Positions 25,785 through 27,311 of a DNA stretch of 27,311 bases are shown one piece after another. Every line of letters begins with the position of its first letter. The first letter of the stretch is position 1. The DNA lies in NCBI GenBank assembly GCA_030629475.1, contig DAOVOU010000001.1, positions 1 through 27,311 of the forward strand, in the 5' to 3' direction. Source of the stretch: Desulfobacterales bacterium (GTDB lineage: Bacteria > Desulfobacterota > Desulfobacteria > Desulfobacterales > C00003060). The notes beneath the pieces were generated by a model. It saw only the letters and a list, made by a program, of their open reading frames with translations. It was not told where the DNA came from and made no database searches. The translations under genes were made by a program, and so were the position numbers.

Positions 25785-26776
25785 AGGCACTGGTTACAGG
25801 AGGTGGGGGATTTCTGGGCGGGGCAATCGTGCGCCTGCTTCTCGAGCGCGGGGTAGAAGTTGTCAGCTTTTCCCGCCGGCATTATCCGGAACTTGAACAG
25901 ATTGGTGTCAAGCAGACGCAGGGCGATCTGGCTGACCAGGACGCAGTGGCCTCAGCGGTTGAAGGGTGCGATACGGTCTTTCATGTGGCAGGCAAGCCTG
26001 GAATCTGGGGACCGTATGAGGAGTACTACCGTACCAATGTAGAAGGGACGGAAAACGTCATTTCCGCCTGTCAAAGGCATGGGGTGAGGCGTCTTATCTA
26101 TACTAGCTCTCCAAGTGTAATCTTTGACGGCAAGGACATGGAAGGAGTGGATGAGTCGGTCCCGTATCCCGATCATTACGAAACCCACTATCCCAAGACC
26201 AAGGCCATTGCTGAAAGAATGGTCTTGAAGGCCAATGCTCCTGAACTCGCCACAGTGGTGTTGCGTCCGCATCTGATATGGGGGCCTGGAGACAATCACC
26301 TGGTGCCGCGTATTATTGACAGGGGCAAAAGAGGCCGGTTGTGTCAAATAGGCCATCGAGCAAACCTAATTGATTCAGTCTATGTCGACAATGCGGCAGA
26401 GGCGCATCTGCTGGCGGCAGAGCGACTCGCGCCCGGCTCCGCGGTGGCCGGCAAGGTCTACTTTGTCTCGCAGGGGGAACCGCTGCCGGTCTGGGAGCTT
26501 ATCAACCGGATATTGGCGGCGGCAGGACTCCCCCCCGTGACCCGACGGGTCCCGTCCGGGGCTGCCTATGCAGCAGGATGGATCCTGGAATCGCTATACA
26601 AGGGCTTCAAACTAAAGGGGGAGCCCCCGATGACCCGCTTTGTGGCCCGTGAACTCTCCACAGCCCACTGGTTCAATACTGATGCTGCCCGTCGCGATCT
26701 CGGTTATACCCCGCAGATATCGATTGATGAAGGGATGCAGCGATTGGCGCGATACTTAGGGCTCGCCCAAAAATAA
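25781..26776 (+). CDS. oleD: OleD 2-alkyl-3-oxoalkanoate reductase (extended SDR / 3-beta-HSD-like)
   Basis: AAGGAG RBS and ATG 25781 overlapping the oleC stop (ATGA). Motifs TGGGGFLG, YTSSPSV, YPKTK (YxxxK), LRPHLIWGPGD. Confidence 0.9.
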   Translation: MKALVTGGGGFLGGAIVRLLLERGVEVVSFSRRHYPELEQIGVKQTQGDLADQDAVASAVEGCDTVFHVAGKPGIWGPYEEYYRTNVEGTENVISACQRHGVRRLIYTSSPSVIFDGKDMEGVDESVPYPDHYETHYPKTKAIAERMVLKANAPELATVVLRPHLIWGPGDNHLVPRIIDRGKRGRLCQIGHRANLIDSVYVDNAAEAHLLAAERLAPGSAVAGKVYFVSQGEPLPVWELINRILAAAGLPPVTRRVPSGAAYAAGWILESLYKGFKLKGEPPMTRFVARELSTAHWFNTDAARRDLGYTPQISIDEGMQRLARYLGLAQK

Positions 26777-26872
26777 CTTTGGCAGACACGAAGTGCCTCT
26801 TCTCAAGCCGTCAGGCGCAACCTTTGCGCTATTCGCGCTTAGATTTGGGTTGGATTTGGTCAATACGAATGA
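26756..26872. repeat. Dispersed TTAGGGCTCG...AGATTTGGGTT element, copy 2, with an internal 45 nt insertion
   Basis: Aligns with 13235-13309. The extra segment is flanked by a CTTTG direct repeat (26777-26781, 26822-26826). Contains the oleD stop codon. Confidence 0.7.
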
Positions 26873-26888
26873 GCAAAACCACCCCGAA

Positions 26889-27001
26889 GGAATATGCTTC
26901 GCCCCGGAGGAATATGCTTCGCCCCGGAGGAATATGCTTCGCATTCCACAGGGTAAACATTCCACAGGGTAAACATTCCACGGGGTAAACATTCCACGGG
27001 G
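26889..27001. repeat. Composite spacerless tandem repeat (20 bp x2.6 then 16 bp x3.75)
   Basis: GGAATATGCTTCGCCCCGGA at 26889 and 26909 plus a partial copy; CATTCCAC(A/G)GGGTAAA at 26942, 26958 and 26974 plus a partial copy at 26990. Confidence 0.9.
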
Positions 27002-27009
27002 CAGGCAGG

Positions 27010-27029
27010 AATCCCGCCAGGGCGGGATT
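27010..27029. repeat. Short palindrome / possible terminator stem after oleD
   Basis: AATCCCGCC-ag-GGCGGGATT. Confidence 0.45.
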
Positions 27030-27075
27030 TCGCGGATTTTGCGAGTGAGTATCGGTAAAACAGGCATCTAGACAC

Positions 27076-27104
27076 TTGACATTGCAAAATAGCACCTGTA
27101 AATT
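27076..27104 (+). promoter_or_regulatory. Sigma70-like promoter pointing out of the window
   Basis: TTGACA (27076-27081), 17 bp spacer, TAAATT (27099-27104). Confidence 0.5.
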
Positions 27105-27186
27105 ATATTCTAAACTCGCAATCAGTTGCAAAAAACCAAAGTCATGACAAATCTCCTACAGCCATAATTCCTTTTTTTCAATGAAC

Positions 27187-27260
27187 TACCCCGCAGCAAG
27201 CTACGGGGTATCCCCTAAAAGGAAATCCTTCTATTATTACGCAGCAAGCTGCAAGGAATT
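27187..27260. repeat. Pair of GCAGCAAGCTGC-core REP-like hairpins
   Basis: TACCCCGCAGC-AA-GCTACGGGGTA (27187-27210) and GCAGC-AA-GCTGC-AAGGAATT (27241-27260). Confidence 0.65.
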
Positions 27261-27311
27261 AGACCCAAAGGGGATTAAAGTCTGCTAATATTTTTTGGAT
27301 TACGTTTACCC

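Noticed and set aside
4754-26356. Numerous 60-220 aa alternative-frame and antisense ORFs within pfa/ole genes
   Set aside because: Expected by chance in GC-rich coding DNA; none shows a recognisable motif.
26889-27001. Possible CRISPR array
   Set aside because: Units are directly adjacent with no unique spacers, are only 16-20 bp long, and no cas genes are in the window.
26779-27131. Short ORFs with repeated peptides (NVYPVE, KHIPPG)
   Set aside because: They are translations of the tandem repeats, not supportable genes.

Overview
GC-rich bacterial window, probably Desulfobacterota-like (inferred from gene content and repeat style only). It is dominated by a secondary-lipid cluster: pfaD (4702-6348), pfaA (6615-12743; KS-AT-single ACP-KR-DH), pfaBC (14670-21626; KS-CLF-AT-4 FabA-like folds) and a complete oleABCD set (21602-26776). 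This is an iterative PUFA-synthase-type PKS/FAS coupled directly to head-to-head olefin synthesis. The first 4.5 kb is a patchwork of gene fragments: AT-rich foreign DNA (GDPD 3' end) joined to a 5'-truncated typA, a ychF 5' stub fused in frame to an intact DEAD-box helicase, a slyD 3' half, and a hidden PPTase 3' remnant. A 1.9 kb interval between pfaA and pfaBC holds an internally deleted AAA/DUF4143 gene and a GlmU-like nucleotidyltransferase split by a 210 bp heptad-repeat MITE-like element with a 5 bp target duplication. Related 7-8 bp periodic hairpin elements and REP-like palindromes occupy most intergenic gaps. No rRNA, tRNA, CRISPR array or transposase was recognised. All calls come from motif recognition by eye; no searches were run.
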